Assembly (NCBI GenBank): GCA_018267055.1
Contig: JAFDZF010000180.1
Location: 2,457 to 66,456 of the forward strand
DNA from: Bacteroidota bacterium
GTDB taxonomy: Bacteria > Bacteroidota > Bacteroidia > Flavobacteriales_F > PHOS-HE28
Reading direction: 5' to 3'
DNA length: 64,000 nt
Part shown: in pieces, positions 1 to 24,700 of the stretch
How positions within the stretch are numbered: the first letter of the stretch is position 1
How the letters are laid out: the number at the start of each line of letters is the position of its first letter
Position numbers and translations under genes: made by a program
Notes under the pieces: model-generated
What the model was told of the DNA's origin: nothing
Databases searched by the model: none
Seen by the model: only the letters and a program-made list of their open reading frames with translations

Positions 1-1
1 C

Positions 2-859
2 ACCGTAGCAGGCACCGGCGCATGCACCGGGATCACGCTGGCATCGCTCGTGGAAGTGGCAGTGCATGCCGCCCCCTCTGCCGCGTTCACCGCGGATACG
101 ACCATCGGCTGCATCCCGCTCACCGTGATCTTCAGCGTGCAGGATCCTTCCGTGGCCTCGGTGCTCTGGCAGTTCGACGACGGCGGCGCATCCACCGGAA
201 CGCCCACGACGAGCCACACCTTCAACGCGGCCGGCTCGTATTCCATCCAGGCGGTGGTGACGGATACGAACGGGTGCACCTCCACCCTGCTGGCGGAGGA
301 CCTCATCTTCATCCAGCCCCCGCCGATCGCCTGGTTCAGCGCGGACCCCGACCCGACGAACACCAACGACCCGGCAGTGACGTTCACGCCCACGCAAGTC
401 GGATACCCCGGCTATTCGTGGGCCATCGACGGCCACACCACCGGCTCGGGTGCGCCCTGGGCATATGCGTTCCCCGACGCGATCGGCGGCACGTACGTGG
501 TGTGCCTCACCGTGACGGATGCGATCGGCTGTACAGCGACCTATTGCGATCCCGTGCGGGTGGAGGATGCGCTCGCCTACCACGTGCCCAATGCCTTCAC
601 CCCCGATGGCGACGGCATCAACGACGGGTTCGCCCCCATCGCCGTGGGCGCGGACCGCGAGCACTATGGCTTCTTCATCTTCGATCGCTGGGGGATGATC
701 GTGTTCGAAAGCCATACGGTCGGCGAGGCCTGGGACGGCACGATGGGCAACCACGGCGATGCGCTGCCGGAGGACGTCTATGTCTGGCGCCTCCTGATCG
801 GCGACCGCTTCAGCACGGACCGGAAGGAGGAGATGGGGCACGTGACGCTCCTCCGGTAG
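2..859 (+). CDS. 5'-truncated secreted protein with PKD-like domains and a T9SS type-B (CHU_C, gliding-motility-associated) C-terminal domain
   Basis: The frame-2 ORF runs from the window edge to a stop at 857-859. PKD-like segments are present (TDTNGCTS..., VTDAIGCTATYCD). The C-terminal block YHVPNAFTPDGDGINDGF...FDRWGMIVFES...VYVWRL...GHVTLLR matches the CHU_C/TIGR04131 pattern. The 5' end lies outside the window. Confidence 0.8.
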   Translation, partial: TVAGTGACTGITLASLVEVAVHAAPSAAFTADTTIGCIPLTVIFSVQDPSVASVLWQFDDGGASTGTPTTSHTFNAAGSYSIQAVVTDTNGCTSTLLAEDLIFIQPPPIAWFSADPDPTNTNDPAVTFTPTQVGYPGYSWAIDGHTTGSGAPWAYAFPDAIGGTYVVCLTVTDAIGCTATYCDPVRVEDALAYHVPNAFTPDGDGINDGFAPIAVGADREHYGFFIFDRWGMIVFESHTVGEAWDGTMGNHGDALPEDVYVWRLLIGDRFSTDRKEEMGHVTLLR

Positions 860-981
860 CTCCGATCCCCCGCCGGAAGGGCAACCAGCCCCCTCCCACC
901 CGCGTCTCCCCACTGTACGGCCCCAGGGTCCCGCCCCTTTCCTGGCCTGGCCCCGAGGTCATCACCCCAGCCCTCTTCCCC

Positions 982-3114
982 ATGGAGCGCACCGGCCTTG
1001 TCCCCTTCCCCCGGATCGGCACCTTCCTGGCCGCCCTGGCCGTGATGACCGCCACGGCCGTCCGCGCGCAGGATTGCCTGTTGGACTATACGCTCACGTT
1101 CACGCCGCCACCGGACAACGGCACCTACGGATGCGGGGAAACGGTGACCTTCTGCCTCACCGTGAACTCATGGAACACCACGAACGCCAACTGGATCCAC
1201 GCGGTGGTGCCCACGTTCGGGCCGGGCTGGGACCTGAGCACCCTGACGCCGGCCACGCCGCCCGCTACCGTCGGCACGTCCGGCGGCCACTGGGGCTGGT
1301 ACCCCAGCGTGACCCCCACGTCGGGGGTCGGCGTCGGCACGGTAGGCCCGGGCTTCTTCTTCGACCTGGACAACGATGGGAACCCGGGGAACAACTTCGG
1401 GGATTATGCCACGACCGGACCCTGGACCTTCTGCTGGACGATCTCCGTGGCCAGCGCACCCGACTGCGTGAACGGCGCGGACCTGACGGTGACCGCCAAC
1501 GTCTTTGGGGACAGCGAGACCGGCTCGTGGGGTTCCGCAGGCTGCGGCGGCGATGAGATCCCGTCCACCCCGCCGCTGCAAGTGTCGACCTGCCCGACGG
1601 CAGGGATCGGCTATGCGCTGGTGGTCTGCGAGATCGATCCATTGGTGTACCTGATGAACGGCCTCACCGGCGATCCCGCCCCGGGTGGCGTGTGGACCGG
1701 CCCGGGCGGGCAAGTGTCCGACGGCACGCTGGATCCCGCCACGGCCACCAACGGCAGCTATGTGTACACCGTTGCGGCCTCATCCGGCGGCAACTGCCCG
1801 GAAACGATGGCCGTGGTGGACGTGACGGTGAACAAGCCTCCCGATCCGGGCGTGGACGCGGCCCTGGCCGTGTGCGAGACCGACGCTCCGGTGGACCTTT
1901 TCACGGTGCTCGGCGGCACACCGGACGCGGGCGGCTCCTGGGCCTGGCCCGGCGGCCCGATGTCCTCCGGCCTGATCGACCCGGCCACGGCATTGAGCGG
2001 CCCTTACGTGTACACCGTGACGGGCATCCTGCCCTGTCCCACCCTTTCCGCCACCATCGCGCTGACGGTGGACCATCTTCCCGAACCGGGCGTGGACGCG
2101 GCCTTCACCCGCTGCGTGGAAGCACCGCTCGTGCCGTTGTTCCCCCTGCTGGGGAACGGTGCTGACCTCGGCGGCCACTGGACCGGCCCCGACGGCCTGC
2201 CCACCGACGACACCTTCGATCCCGCTGCGGACCAGCCCGGCGCCTACACCTACACCATCCCGGCCACCGGCGCCTGCGACGGCCATTCCGTGGAGGCCGT
2301 GGTGACCGCGTCGCTCTTCACTTCCCCCGATCCCCGGTTCACGGTGGACACGCTCCGCGGATGCGTACCGCTCCCCGTCGGGTTCATGCTCGACACGCCG
2401 GGGCCGCTGGTGGCGGCGCACTGGTACTTCGGCGACGGCATCTTCTCCGATGAGCTGCCTTCGCTGGAGCACGCCTACGCGAACACCGGCACCTTCTCAC
2501 CGCGGGTGACCGTGACCGATGTCAACGGCTGCAAGGCGACATGGGTGGACACGAATGCGGTGCGCGCCTACCCGCAGCCGCTGGCCACCTTCTCCTACAC
2601 GCCCTTCCCCCTGCGCACGTACTTCGACACGCACGCCAAGTTCACCGCGACACAGGACCAGCTGAGGAGCTATGAGTGGACGATCGAGGGGCTGTACCAG
2701 TTCGGCCGCACGGTGGACCATACGTTCCCACTGGAAGCCGCCACCATCTATCCGATCTGCCTCACGGTGGTGGACTCGATCGCGTGCACGGCGACCTACT
2801 GCGAGGACGTGGAAGTGCATGATGCCTTCTTCGTGAACGCCCCCAATGCCTTCACGCCGAACGGCGACGGCAAGAACGATTTCTTCGCTCCCTTCCTCAC
2901 GGGCGTCGATGTGCGGAGCCTCTCCTTCCAGGTCTTCGATCGCTGGGGACACAGCGTTTATGATGCTGCGGGGCCGTACCCGAACTGGTCCGGCGGCGAG
3001 GGCGGCACCGGACCGATCCTGCCGGAAGGCGTGTACGTGTGGCGCCTGGTGGTGCAGGACGAACTGACCGCGGAACAGCGGGACTTCATCGGCCACGTCA
3101 CCCTGCTGCACTGA
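982..3114 (+). CDS. secreted repeat protein: signal peptide, three ~80-aa Cys-containing tandem repeats, two PKD-like domains, T9SS type-B CHU_C C-terminal domain
   Basis: The ATG at 982 is in frame with the long ORF 22..3114, and MERTGLVPFPRIGTFLAALAVMTATAVRAQ is a plausible signal peptide. The upstream part of the ORF (22-981) is Arg-rich frame shadow. Repeats follow the pattern G.DAA..VCE.D.PV.L...LGG.PD.GG.W..P.G......DPA....G.Y.YTV. The C-terminus FFVNAPNAFTPNGDGKNDFF...FDRWGHSVY...VYVWRL...GHVTLLH is a CHU_C domain. Confidence 0.8.
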   Translation: MERTGLVPFPRIGTFLAALAVMTATAVRAQDCLLDYTLTFTPPPDNGTYGCGETVTFCLTVNSWNTTNANWIHAVVPTFGPGWDLSTLTPATPPATVGTSGGHWGWYPSVTPTSGVGVGTVGPGFFFDLDNDGNPGNNFGDYATTGPWTFCWTISVASAPDCVNGADLTVTANVFGDSETGSWGSAGCGGDEIPSTPPLQVSTCPTAGIGYALVVCEIDPLVYLMNGLTGDPAPGGVWTGPGGQVSDGTLDPATATNGSYVYTVAASSGGNCPETMAVVDVTVNKPPDPGVDAALAVCETDAPVDLFTVLGGTPDAGGSWAWPGGPMSSGLIDPATALSGPYVYTVTGILPCPTLSATIALTVDHLPEPGVDAAFTRCVEAPLVPLFPLLGNGADLGGHWTGPDGLPTDDTFDPAADQPGAYTYTIPATGACDGHSVEAVVTASLFTSPDPRFTVDTLRGCVPLPVGFMLDTPGPLVAAHWYFGDGIFSDELPSLEHAYANTGTFSPRVTVTDVNGCKATWVDTNAVRAYPQPLATFSYTPFPLRTYFDTHAKFTATQDQLRSYEWTIEGLYQFGRTVDHTFPLEAATIYPICLTVVDSIACTATYCEDVEVHDAFFVNAPNAFTPNGDGKNDFFAPFLTGVDVRSLSFQVFDRWGHSVYDAAGPYPNWSGGEGGTGPILPEGVYVWRLVVQDELTAEQRDFIGHVTLLH

Positions 3115-3124
3115 GCGAGGCGAC

Positions 3125-9535
<6,411 letters not shown>

Positions 9536-9754
9536 CTTGAGCGTGCCTGAACCGATGGATCCGCAGCGGTGGGCCTACGATCCCGTTCCTTCCGGCGTGG
9601 TCCGACGGATATCGGACGGATGAACGGGCCCTCCCCCGGGTCAAGCGGCCATTTGTACCGCAGGCCGGTGCCGAGGGGTTACGTCCGGGGCAAAAAAGAG
9701 TCGACCAAAGCCAAGGATCGGCTCCCGAAGCTGTTCCGAAGTGTCGACGAAGCC

Positions 9755-12700
9755 CTAGTCCTTGACCAAGCGCGCACGCGCCAGGGGACGGCCGTCCCGT
9801 CCGTGCAGGACCACCGTGTAGGTCCCGGCCGCCAAGGCGCTCAGGTCCATGGTGCCCGTGAAGGCCGTGCGCAATGCGAGCGCCCCGGTGACATCGTACA
9901 GGGCCACGTCCACCGCGGGCTCACCGGACCAGCCGAAGGTGACGAGGCCGGAGGTCGGGTTCGGCCGCAGGGCCACGGCCGGGATGCCGCCCAGCTCACG
10001 GACCGAGGCCAGGTCGCAGGCATCGCCGGTGCCATTGCCGTCGGTGTCCAGCTGGTCGGGATTGGCGATCCAGGGGCAGTTGTCGCAGAGGTCGCCGAAC
10101 CCGTCCCCGTCCATGTCGGCCTGCGTGGGATTGCTCAGCGAGGGGCAGTTGTCCACGCAGTCCAGCACGGTGTCCAGGTCGGCATCCGGGTCGGGCTCCA
10201 CGCCCGTGGTGCCGCCGGCGCATTGGCCGCAGCCATCGATGAAGGCGGTGCCGTCGATCGTGCCCGAGCAGTCCACCGTATGCCCCAGGCAGGCGCAGGC
10301 GGCGGTCCAGGCATCGTTCACGGTCTCCGCGTTGCCATCGTCGCAGGGCGTCCCCGGCAGGGCCGTCCCGCCGGGCAGGCCGGTGCAGTCGTAGTACTGC
10401 CCGAGGCAGACGCACGCGTTCGTCCACACGTCATTGCCGGTGGCGATGTTGCCGTCATCGCAGATCGTGCCGGGAAGGGCGGTCCCGCCGGGCACCGACT
10501 GGCAATCGTAGGGCGCCCCTGCGCAGGTGCAGGCATTGTCCCAATGGTCGTCGCCCGTGGTGGGATCGCCGTCGTTGCAGGGTGTGCCGGGCAGGGCCGT
10601 GCCACCGGGCACCGAGGCGCAATCGAACGGCAGGCCGGCGCAGGTGCAGGCATTGTTCCAGCGGTCGTTGCCGGTGGTGGGATCCCCGTCATCACAGGGC
10701 GAACCCGGGAGCTGGGCCCCGCCCGGAACACCGACGCAATCGTACAGCTGGCCGATGCAGACGCAGGCATTGCTCCAGCGGTCGTTCCCGGTCAGCGGAT
10801 CACCGTCGTCACAGGGCGATCCGGGCAGCGCAGGCCCGTTGGGCGTGCCGTGGCAATCGAGCACGGGCGATGGCTCCAGGCTGTAGGCGATGCACAGGCG
10901 GGCCGCACGGGTGGGGTCCATGTTCCAGCTCCAGGCCGGACGACCGCCTTCGCCGTCGATCAGCAGCACCATCGCATTGTTCGGCGCCCAACCCGGACGG
11001 GAGATGATCTCCTGGACCACGCTGGCGATGTTCGGGGAACGCTGCGCATCCCCCGCCTCGTTGGCCGTCCAGGGACCGGGCGACCAGTCGATGGCCGACG
11101 TGCGGGCGCGGTTCCCCAGGTCGTAAGGGGCCCAGCCGATGGCCGGCGCATTGTCCGTGGCCTGGGCCGCGATGTGCAGCTGGGAAGGACCGGAGCTGTT
11201 GCCGTTGGCGGTGAACTGCAGGTAGGCCGAGACGACGGTGATGCCCTGGGGCACTTCCACGCCTTCGAAGCGCAGACCGATCAGCTGGTTGCCGCGCCAG
11301 TGCGTGGGCGAGCTGTCGTACACCAGGTCCACCGGACCGACGTTGCCGTACATATTGCCATTGGTGGCCTGTTCGGCATCCGGGTCGCTGGACCAGCCGA
11401 GGCCATAGCACACCTGCTGGTCGATGCAGGCGTTGTTGCCCCCGCAGACCCCGCAGAGGTCCACCACGGCACCGCCGCCGGGCACCCCGTTGCAATCGAT
11501 GGGCAGCCCCGCGCAGGTGCAGTCCGTACCCCAGGCGTCCGCGCCGGTGGCGGCGTTCCCGTCATCGCAGGGCGTGCCCGGCAGGGCCGGCCCATCGGGG
11601 ATGCCGGTGCAGTCGATCGGCTGGCCGGCGCAGGTGCAGTCCGCGCCCCAGGTATCGCCCACGGTGAGCGGGTCACCATCGTTGCAGGCCGTGCCCGGCA
11701 GGGCTCCGCCACCTGGCACACCATTGCAATCCAGCACGTCGCCCGCGCAGGTGCAGTTGGCGCGCCAACGGTCGTTCGCGGTGGCGGCATTGCCGTCGTC
11801 GCAGGGGGTCCCGGGCAGGGCAGGACCGCCGGGGGCGCCCAGGCAGTCGATGGTCTCGCCCACGCAGGTGCAATCCGTGTCCCAGGTGTCGTTGCCAGTG
11901 CCCGCGTTGCCGTCGTTGCAGGGGGAACCCGGAAGGGCATCGCCGCCCAACACCCCCAGGCAGTCATAGACCACCGTGGAATCGGTGCGGTAGCTGATGC
12001 ACAGGCGGGCCGAACGCTCGGGGTCCTGGTCGGCGCTCCACGCGGAGCGTCCACCGGTGCCTTCCACCTTCAGCAGCAAGGCGTTCATCGACTGCCAGCC
12101 CGGGCGGCTGATCACCTGCTGGACGATGTCCGACAGGTCCGGAGTGCGCTGGGCCAGGCCGGCCTGGTTGGCCGTGGTCCATACCGCCGGCGACCAATCG
12201 ATGGGGGCGGTGTACGAACGGCCCGTGATGCTGCCCGGGGCGAAGCCGATCGGGGCGGCGTTGTTGGCGCGCTGCGCGGAGACCTGCAGCACGCAGGGGC
12301 TCACGTTCACGCTGTTGCGCGCGGTGAACTGCACATAGGCCTGCACGATCTGCGCCCCCTGTGGCACGGCGATGCCGGGGAACCACAGGCCCACGCGCTG
12401 GTTCCCGCGCCAGTTGCCCGGCTCACTGTCGTACACCAGGTCCAGCGCGCCGGCATTGCCGTAGATATCGCCGTCGTCCGACTCCTCGGCATCGCCGTTC
12501 GGCTGGGCGGGCACGTTCATGCACACCGTGACCGCGCCTTCCAGGCAGGCATTGTTGCCACCGCAGACGCCGCAGGCATCGAGCACCGCGGAGCCGCCCG
12601 GGACGCCCGCACAATCGATCACCTGGCCCACGCACTGGCAGTTGACGTTCCACGTGTCGTTCCCCGTGCCGGGATCGCCATCATCGCAGGAAGTGCCCGG

Positions 12701-14899
12701 CAGCACCGGGCCATTGGGCTGGCCCAGGCAGTCCACGTTCAGGCCCACGCACTGGCAGTTCGCGTTCAGCACGTCATTGATCGTGAGTGGGTCGCCGTCG
12801 TTGCACGGGGAACCGATCTGGCCCGGCACGTTGGGGCAGTTGTCCTGCGCGTTGCAGATCCCGTCGCCGTCGCTGTCGGGAAGCGGCGTGAAGATGCAGG
12901 CCCCGTTCACGCAGGCGTCGGTGGTGCAGGGGTTGTTGTCGTTGCACGACACCGGTGTGCCCACGCACTGGCAGCTGCTGTTCCAGGTATCGCCGCTGGT
13001 ACAGGGGTTGCCATCGTTGCAGGGGGAACCCGGTTGGGCGGGACCGCCCAGCACGCCCTGGCAGTCGGGCAGCAGGCCCACGCACACGCACGAGGTGTTC
13101 CAGGTATCGTTCTGCGTCTGGGCGTTGCCGTCGTTGCAGGGGGTCCCCGGCAGGGCGGGACCGCCCAGCACGCCCTGGCAATCGGTGGTCTGCGTAGCCA
13201 TGTTCACCGAAGCGGTGATGCCCAGGCTCAGGTTGTAGTAGCTGCCGCTGGGGGTGGTCTCCAGCTTCAGCGCGCGCACCATGTAGCGCACAGTGCCGGT
13301 GAGGCCGGTGACGTTGTCGGTATAGGTGGTGCCCGTGACCGCGTTGGTGGTGAGGCGCACCCAGCTCTGCCCGGCGGTGTTGAAGCGGTAGACGTGGTAG
13401 CCCAGGACCGCATCGCTGCTCGCCGTCCAGGTGAGCGTGGCGTTGGATCCCGCGACCGCACCGGCCAGGTTGGAGGGCGGCCGCACCATGTTCATCCGCA
13501 GGGTGGGGTCGCCCAGCAGCGCGATGTGCACGCGGCCCGCGCTGGGGTTGGCCGGCTCATAATGGCCGTTGCCGTTGTTCTGCGTGAGCGTGGTGGAATA
13601 GCCGATGGTCTCGCCCATGCCCATGTGGTGGAAGAACCAGTTGGGATAGCCGGCCCAGAAGCAGGTGAGCGTGGTGCCGCTGGCGAGCGAGGCACGCATG
13701 AAGTCGTTCGGCGCGTCGAAGTCGCCGAAGTAGCTGCCGAAGAGGATGGTGAAGACCCCCTGCGGGGCGCTGCTGGCGAACTGGGCCGCGGTGCCCACGC
13801 CGTTGGCATTGTCCCACCAGCCGCCACCGCAACCGTAGCTCCAGAGGTAGCTGCCGCCGTTGAGGCTGCTGAAGTAGTCGCCGGCCGCCACGTTGGAGGG
13901 GCTCACCAAGGGGGCGAAACCGCGCCAGGCGTTCTGCGAGAAGGCGTCGCTGTAGCCGGTGAAGTTGTCGTCCACCACCCCGCGGGCCTGGGCCGTGAAG
14001 GTCTTCACCTTCCAGTTGTGCAGCTTGGTCAGGTAGGCCCCCAGCAGGGTGGTCTCCCCTTGGGAGAAGACCGACATGTTCGCGAAGTCCACCCGGCCCA
14101 CGGCCAGCTCCACCGTGCTGGGGATGGCCGACTGGTCGTACTTGCCATCACCCACCACATTGTAGTTGCGGGGGTCCATGGTGCCGGTGGTGTTCACCGA
14201 GTTGTCCGTCCAGGTGCCGTTGACATCGCCGTAGAACACGTCGGCGCTCCAGGCCCCGTAGTGCTCCCCATGCCCGTCGGGCGCCATGTAGCCGGAATAG
14301 GGCACCGGCACGTGGCCCACGATGAACACGGCCTTCACATTGGCCGGGTCGCTGTTGTAGTCCGCCACCACCAGGTTCTTGATGCTGACCACCGATGCCG
14401 TGCGGCTCACATCATGGCGCAGCACCCGCCAGCCGTCGGCCTCCAGGTCGCCTTCCAGCTGGGTCAGTTGCGTACTGAGCGATGAACTGAAGGTGTTGTC
14501 CACCAGCAGCACCAGCTTGCCGCGCGACTCCACCATGGCCAGCTGGATGCCCGCGTTCACATAGCCGAAGCCCTGGCCCACGCTGGAGGTGTTGCGGATG
14601 ATCTTGTACTCGTAGGAGGTGTTGGTCTGTACCGTGTTGTCGTCCCACGACGTCAGCGAGCCGGAGACGGACGCCAGGGCGGAGCCCCAGCTGGTGCCCC
14701 CCTTCAGCTTGCGGTAGATCTGGTAGCCGGTGGTGTTGGCATAGCCCGCCCAATTGAGGGTGATGCGCGCGGGGCTGCTCTGCACCACCGCCCAGGCCTG
14801 GACACTGCGATCCTGTCCGTAGGTCTGCGCTTTCGCCTCCACGCCCGGCCACACCAGGGGCAGGCCGAGCAGCAGGAGGAGGGAGCACAGGAGCCGCAT
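9755..14899 (-). CDS. giant T9SS cargo protein (1714 aa), tandem paralog of 3125..9535: signal peptide, FN3, gingipain-like C25 homology domain, many ~37-aa Cys repeats ([23 protein letters not shown]...C.C.G), two copies of a ~160-aa domain of unknown function, TSP3 repeats, type-A T9SS CTD
   Basis: The ATG at 14899 gives the signal peptide [25 protein letters not shown]. The ORF track's start at 15073 adds an unlikely 58-aa extension. The N-terminal architecture is colinear with the upstream paralog ([12 protein letters not shown]...GWRVLRHDV...[16 protein letters not shown]). The C-terminus [16 protein letters not shown]...[23 protein letters not shown] is a type-A sorting domain. Confidence 0.85.
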   Translation of the reverse strand: MRLLCSLLLLLGLPLVWPGVEAKAQTYGQDRSVQAWAVVQSSPARITLNWAGYANTTGYQIYRKLKGGTSWGSALASVSGSLTSWDDNTVQTNTSYEYKIIRNTSSVGQGFGYVNAGIQLAMVESRGKLVLLVDNTFSSSLSTQLTQLEGDLEADGWRVLRHDVSRTASVVSIKNLVVADYNSDPANVKAVFIVGHVPVPYSGYMAPDGHGEHYGAWSADVFYGDVNGTWTDNSVNTTGTMDPRNYNVVGDGKYDQSAIPSTVELAVGRVDFANMSVFSQGETTLLGAYLTKLHNWKVKTFTAQARGVVDDNFTGYSDAFSQNAWRGFAPLVSPSNVAAGDYFSSLNGGSYLWSYGCGGGWWDNANGVGTAAQFASSAPQGVFTILFGSYFGDFDAPNDFMRASLASGTTLTCFWAGYPNWFFHHMGMGETIGYSTTLTQNNGNGHYEPANPSAGRVHIALLGDPTLRMNMVRPPSNLAGAVAGSNATLTWTASSDAVLGYHVYRFNTAGQSWVRLTTNAVTGTTYTDNVTGLTGTVRYMVRALKLETTPSGSYYNLSLGITASVNMATQTTDCQGVLGGPALPGTPCNDGNAQTQNDTWNTSCVCVGLLPDCQGVLGGPAQPGSPCNDGNPCTSGDTWNSSCQCVGTPVSCNDNNPCTTDACVNGACIFTPLPDSDGDGICNAQDNCPNVPGQIGSPCNDGDPLTINDVLNANCQCVGLNVDCLGQPNGPVLPGTSCDDGDPGTGNDTWNVNCQCVGQVIDCAGVPGGSAVLDACGVCGGNNACLEGAVTVCMNVPAQPNGDAEESDDGDIYGNAGALDLVYDSEPGNWRGNQRVGLWFPGIAVPQGAQIVQAYVQFTARNSVNVSPCVLQVSAQRANNAAPIGFAPGSITGRSYTAPIDWSPAVWTTANQAGLAQRTPDLSDIVQQVISRPGWQSMNALLLKVEGTGGRSAWSADQDPERSARLCISYRTDSTVVYDCLGVLGGDALPGSPCNDGNAGTGNDTWDTDCTCVGETIDCLGAPGGPALPGTPCDDGNAATANDRWRANCTCAGDVLDCNGVPGGGALPGTACNDGDPLTVGDTWGADCTCAGQPIDCTGIPDGPALPGTPCDDGNAATGADAWGTDCTCAGLPIDCNGVPGGGAVVDLCGVCGGNNACIDQQVCYGLGWSSDPDAEQATNGNMYGNVGPVDLVYDSSPTHWRGNQLIGLRFEGVEVPQGITVVSAYLQFTANGNSSGPSQLHIAAQATDNAPAIGWAPYDLGNRARTSAIDWSPGPWTANEAGDAQRSPNIASVVQEIISRPGWAPNNAMVLLIDGEGGRPAWSWNMDPTRAARLCIAYSLEPSPVLDCHGTPNGPALPGSPCDDGDPLTGNDRWSNACVCIGQLYDCVGVPGGAQLPGSPCDDGDPTTGNDRWNNACTCAGLPFDCASVPGGTALPGTPCNDGDPTTGDDHWDNACTCAGAPYDCQSVPGGTALPGTICDDGNIATGNDVWTNACVCLGQYYDCTGLPGGTALPGTPCDDGNAETVNDAWTAACACLGHTVDCSGTIDGTAFIDGCGQCAGGTTGVEPDPDADLDTVLDCVDNCPSLSNPTQADMDGDGFGDLCDNCPWIANPDQLDTDGNGTGDACDLASVRELGGIPAVALRPNPTSGLVTFGWSGEPAVDVALYDVTGALALRTAFTGTMDLSALAAGTYTVVLHGRDGRPLARARLVKD

Positions 14900-15269
14900 A
14901 GGGGGAAAGGGCCGCGAAGGTAGGGGGTCGCGCGTACATGCGCCCGCGTACATGTCAAGCCTTGGACCGTGGGATCCTACCGCATCCATCGACCGTATCC
15001 CGGCACTGGACGGAGCCACCGCCCCGATCGAAGGCCATGAAGGTGGACCGGCGATCGGGATCCGTTTCGACAAAGAAGGCTATTTTCACGACGAATAACT
15101 TCACCGGAAGGCCGACCCGATGCACGCCCGTATCCCTCCCGCCTGGCCCGGACGCTCGAAACGGGCTGAACCTTCGGCCATCGATCGCGTTGAACCGCCT
15201 TCGCGCAGGAACCCCTTCCCTGCCGATTACCTTGTCACACCTCCCCACCCTGCTCCCAAGCATCCCTGA
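14900..15269. promoter_or_regulatory. divergent intergenic region expected to hold the promoters of the giant T9SS cargo gene (minus strand) and the NRPS-PKS gene (plus strand)
   Basis: This is a 370-bp non-coding gap between divergently oriented start codons at 14899 (minus) and 15270 (plus). I could not pick out a confident Bacteroidota -33/-7 (TTG / TAnnTTTG) motif by eye. Confidence 0.3.
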
Positions 15270-21758
<6,489 letters not shown>

Positions 21759-24700
21759 CCTCTCCCCCCGCTTTGGAACGCTTCACCCCGGACATCCACC
21801 TCAGACCCGTCGATTTCGACCCCTTCGCCGAGGGGGCCATCGCCTGCACCGTGCCCAGCACGGAACCCCAGCGCGAGGTGTTCATCGCCTCCAGCATGGA
21901 CAGTGAGGCCTCCTGCGCGTACAACGAATCGGTCTCGCTGGAGCTCACCGGTCCCCTGGACCGCCCGGCGATGGAAGGCGCCATCCGCCTGCTGGTGGAG
22001 CGCCACGAGGGCCTGCGCAGCGTGATGGCCGCGAACGGCACGCGGGCCATCGTGCTGGAGCACCTGGACATCCCCCTGGCCTTCACCGACCTCTCCGCCC
22101 TGGGCGAAGGGGAGCGCGCGGGGCGCCTGGCCGCGATCGCCGAGGCGGACATGACGACGCCCTTCGACGTGCTGCACGGCCCGCTCTTCCGCGCGCAGCT
22201 CATCCGCACCACGAACGACACGCACCTGCTGCGCCTCACCGGCCACCACGTGATCTGCGACGGCTGGAGCCTGGGCATCGTGATGGCCGACATCAGCCGC
22301 CTGTACTCCGCGCTGGCCACGGGCACGGCACCGCAACTGCCGCCCGCGGTACCCTTCAGCGCCTACGCGCTGGCCACCATCGACTTCGCGAAGAGCGAGG
22401 AGCACGCCCGCGTGGAGCGCTTCTGGCTCGACCGCTTCAGCGGCTCCCTGCCGCGCCTCGACCTGCCCACGGACCGCCCGCGCCCGAAGCAGAAGACCTA
22501 CCCGGGCCACCGCCTGGACGTGCCGCTGGACCCGCAGCTGGTGCGGGGGCTGAAGGAAGTGGCCACCCGCAGCGGCAGCAGCTTCGTGACCACCCTGCTC
22601 ACCACCTTCGAGCTGCTGCTGCACAAGCTCACCGGCGCCACCGACCTGGTGGTGGGCCTGCCCGCCGCCGGCCAGAGCGACCTGGGCATGAAGGACCTGG
22701 TGGGCCACTGCGTGAACCTGCTCGCCCTGCGCAGCCAGGTGGACGGCGCCGTGCCCTTCATCGAGCACCTGAAAGCGCGCCGCTCCGCCGTGCTCGACGC
22801 CTTCGACCACCAGAAGTACACCTTCGGCACGCTGGTGCGCCGCCTGAACGTGCCGCGCGAGCCGGGCCGCATCCCATTGGTGCCCGTGGTGTTCAACATC
22901 GACATGAACATGGACGATGGGGTGCGCTTCACCGGGCTGCAGCACCGCTTCGTCAGCAACCCGCGCCGGTACGAGCAGTTCGAGCTGTTCCTGAACGCCA
23001 CCGGCCATGACGAGCACCTGGTACTGGAGTGGAGCTACAACACCGACCTCTTCGATGCGGCCACCGTGCGCGGCTGGGCCGATGAGCTCGCGCGCCTGAT
23101 CGCCCGCATCCAGGAGCGGCCGGCCGCCCCCATCCGCGACCTGCTGGCCGGCGGCGGCGATGCTTCCACTGAGCACCTGCCGCCCGACACCTGGCTGGGG
23201 CAGGCGCCCGCCTATCCCCGCGGATCGGGCATCGGCGCGCTCTTCGCGGAGGTGGTCGCGCAGCACGGCGACCGCGTCGCAGTGGAGATCAACGACCGCA
23301 CCCTGCGCTACAGCGAGCTCCAGCAGCGCGTGCACGCCCTGGCCGAACAGTTGGTCGCGGCGGGCGTGAAGCCCGGCGATCCCGTGGGCCTGTGCGTGGA
23401 CCGCGGCTTCGAGATGGTGACGGCGATGCTGGCCATCCTGCACTGCGGCGGATGCTTCGTGCCGCTGGACCCGGCCTATCCGGAGGACCGCCTGCAGTTC
23501 ATGTTCGACGACACGCGCGTGCGCGTGCTGCTCACCCAGCGCCACCTGAAGGACACGCTCCCCGCGCACCAGGCGAAGACCCTGCTGCTGGAGGACAGCT
23601 CGGCGCGGGCCCGCACGGTCCCGCCTCCCGCCGGCGGACCGGACGACGCGGCGTACATCATGTACACCTCGGGCAGCACCGGGCGCCCCAAGGGCGTGGT
23701 GGTGCCGCACCGCGCCATCGTGCGGCTGGTGCGCGAGCAGGACTTCCTGCCCTTCGGGCCGGAGCTCGTCTTCCTCCAGCTGTCCAACATCTCGTTCGAC
23801 GCCAGCACGCTGGAGATCTGGGGCGCGCTGCTCAACGGCGGCCGCCTGGTGCTGCAGCCGCAGCAGAAGCCCACGCTGCAGGAGATCACCACCACGCTCC
23901 ACGAGAAGGGCGTGACCACGGTGTGGTTCACCGCCGGCGTGTTCAACCTGCTGGTGGACGACCACCTGGAGCGGCTGCGCGGCCTGCGGCACATCCTGAC
24001 CGGCGGTGACGTGCTGAGCGTGCCGCACGTGAAGAAGGCCCTGCAGGCGCTGGGGCCCGGCGTGCTCATCAACGGCTATGGCCCCACGGAGAACACCACC
24101 TTCACCTGCTGCCACGCCATCGACGACGCGGCGGGGATCAAGGGCAGCGTTCCCATCGGGCGGCCGATCCACAACACGCGGGTGCACGTGCTGGACGAGG
24201 CCCTGCGCCCCGTGCCCATCGGCCGCACGGGCGAGCTCTATGCCGGCGGCGATGGCGTGGCCCTGGGCTACTGGGACCGGCCCGACCTCACGGCGGAGCG
24301 CTTCCTGCCCGACCCGTTCAGCAACACCCCCGGTGCCCTGCTCTACCGCACGGGCGACCTGGTGCGCTGGACGGAGGACGGCCTCATCGAGTTCATCGGC
24401 CGCGCCGACGGACAGGTGAAGGTGCGCGGCTTCCGCATCGAGCCGGGCGAGATCGAGAACGCGCTGAACGGCCATCCGCTGGTGAAGGACCGCGTGGTGA
24501 TCGCGCGCAGCGACATGGGCGCGGAGAAGCAGCTGGTGTGCTATGTGGTGCCCGGCGACACGCACCACCTGGACGACCCCGCCGAGCAGGAGCGCCTGAT
24601 CGCCGCGGTGCGCGAGCACCTGCGCGCGGAGCTGCCGGAATACATGGTGCCCACGGCCTTCGTGGTGATGGCCGGGTTCCCGCTGAACCCCAACGGCAAG

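Noticed and set aside
22-981. 5' 960 nt of the 1030-aa frame-1 ORF 22..3114
   Set aside because: The translation is Arg/His/Pro-rich nonsense, typical of an off-frame reading of high-GC DNA. It overlaps the well-supported frame-2 CHU_C gene ending at 859. A clean signal peptide begins at the ATG at 982, so only 982..3114 is called.
9536-9754. Rho-independent terminator in the gap between the two giant cargo genes (T-run CTTTTTTG on the minus strand near 9682-9689)
   Set aside because: No convincing GC-rich stem precedes the T-run. Only a short GTCGAC palindrome does. I did not annotate it. Read-through or a weak terminator plus internal promoter are both possible.
9569-14485. 1638-aa plus-strand ORF antisense to the second giant cargo gene
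   Set aside because: Same reasoning: the product is low-complexity Ala/Gly/Arg-rich with no motifs. The minus strand encodes a protein with signal peptide, FN3, C25-like head and T9SS CTD.
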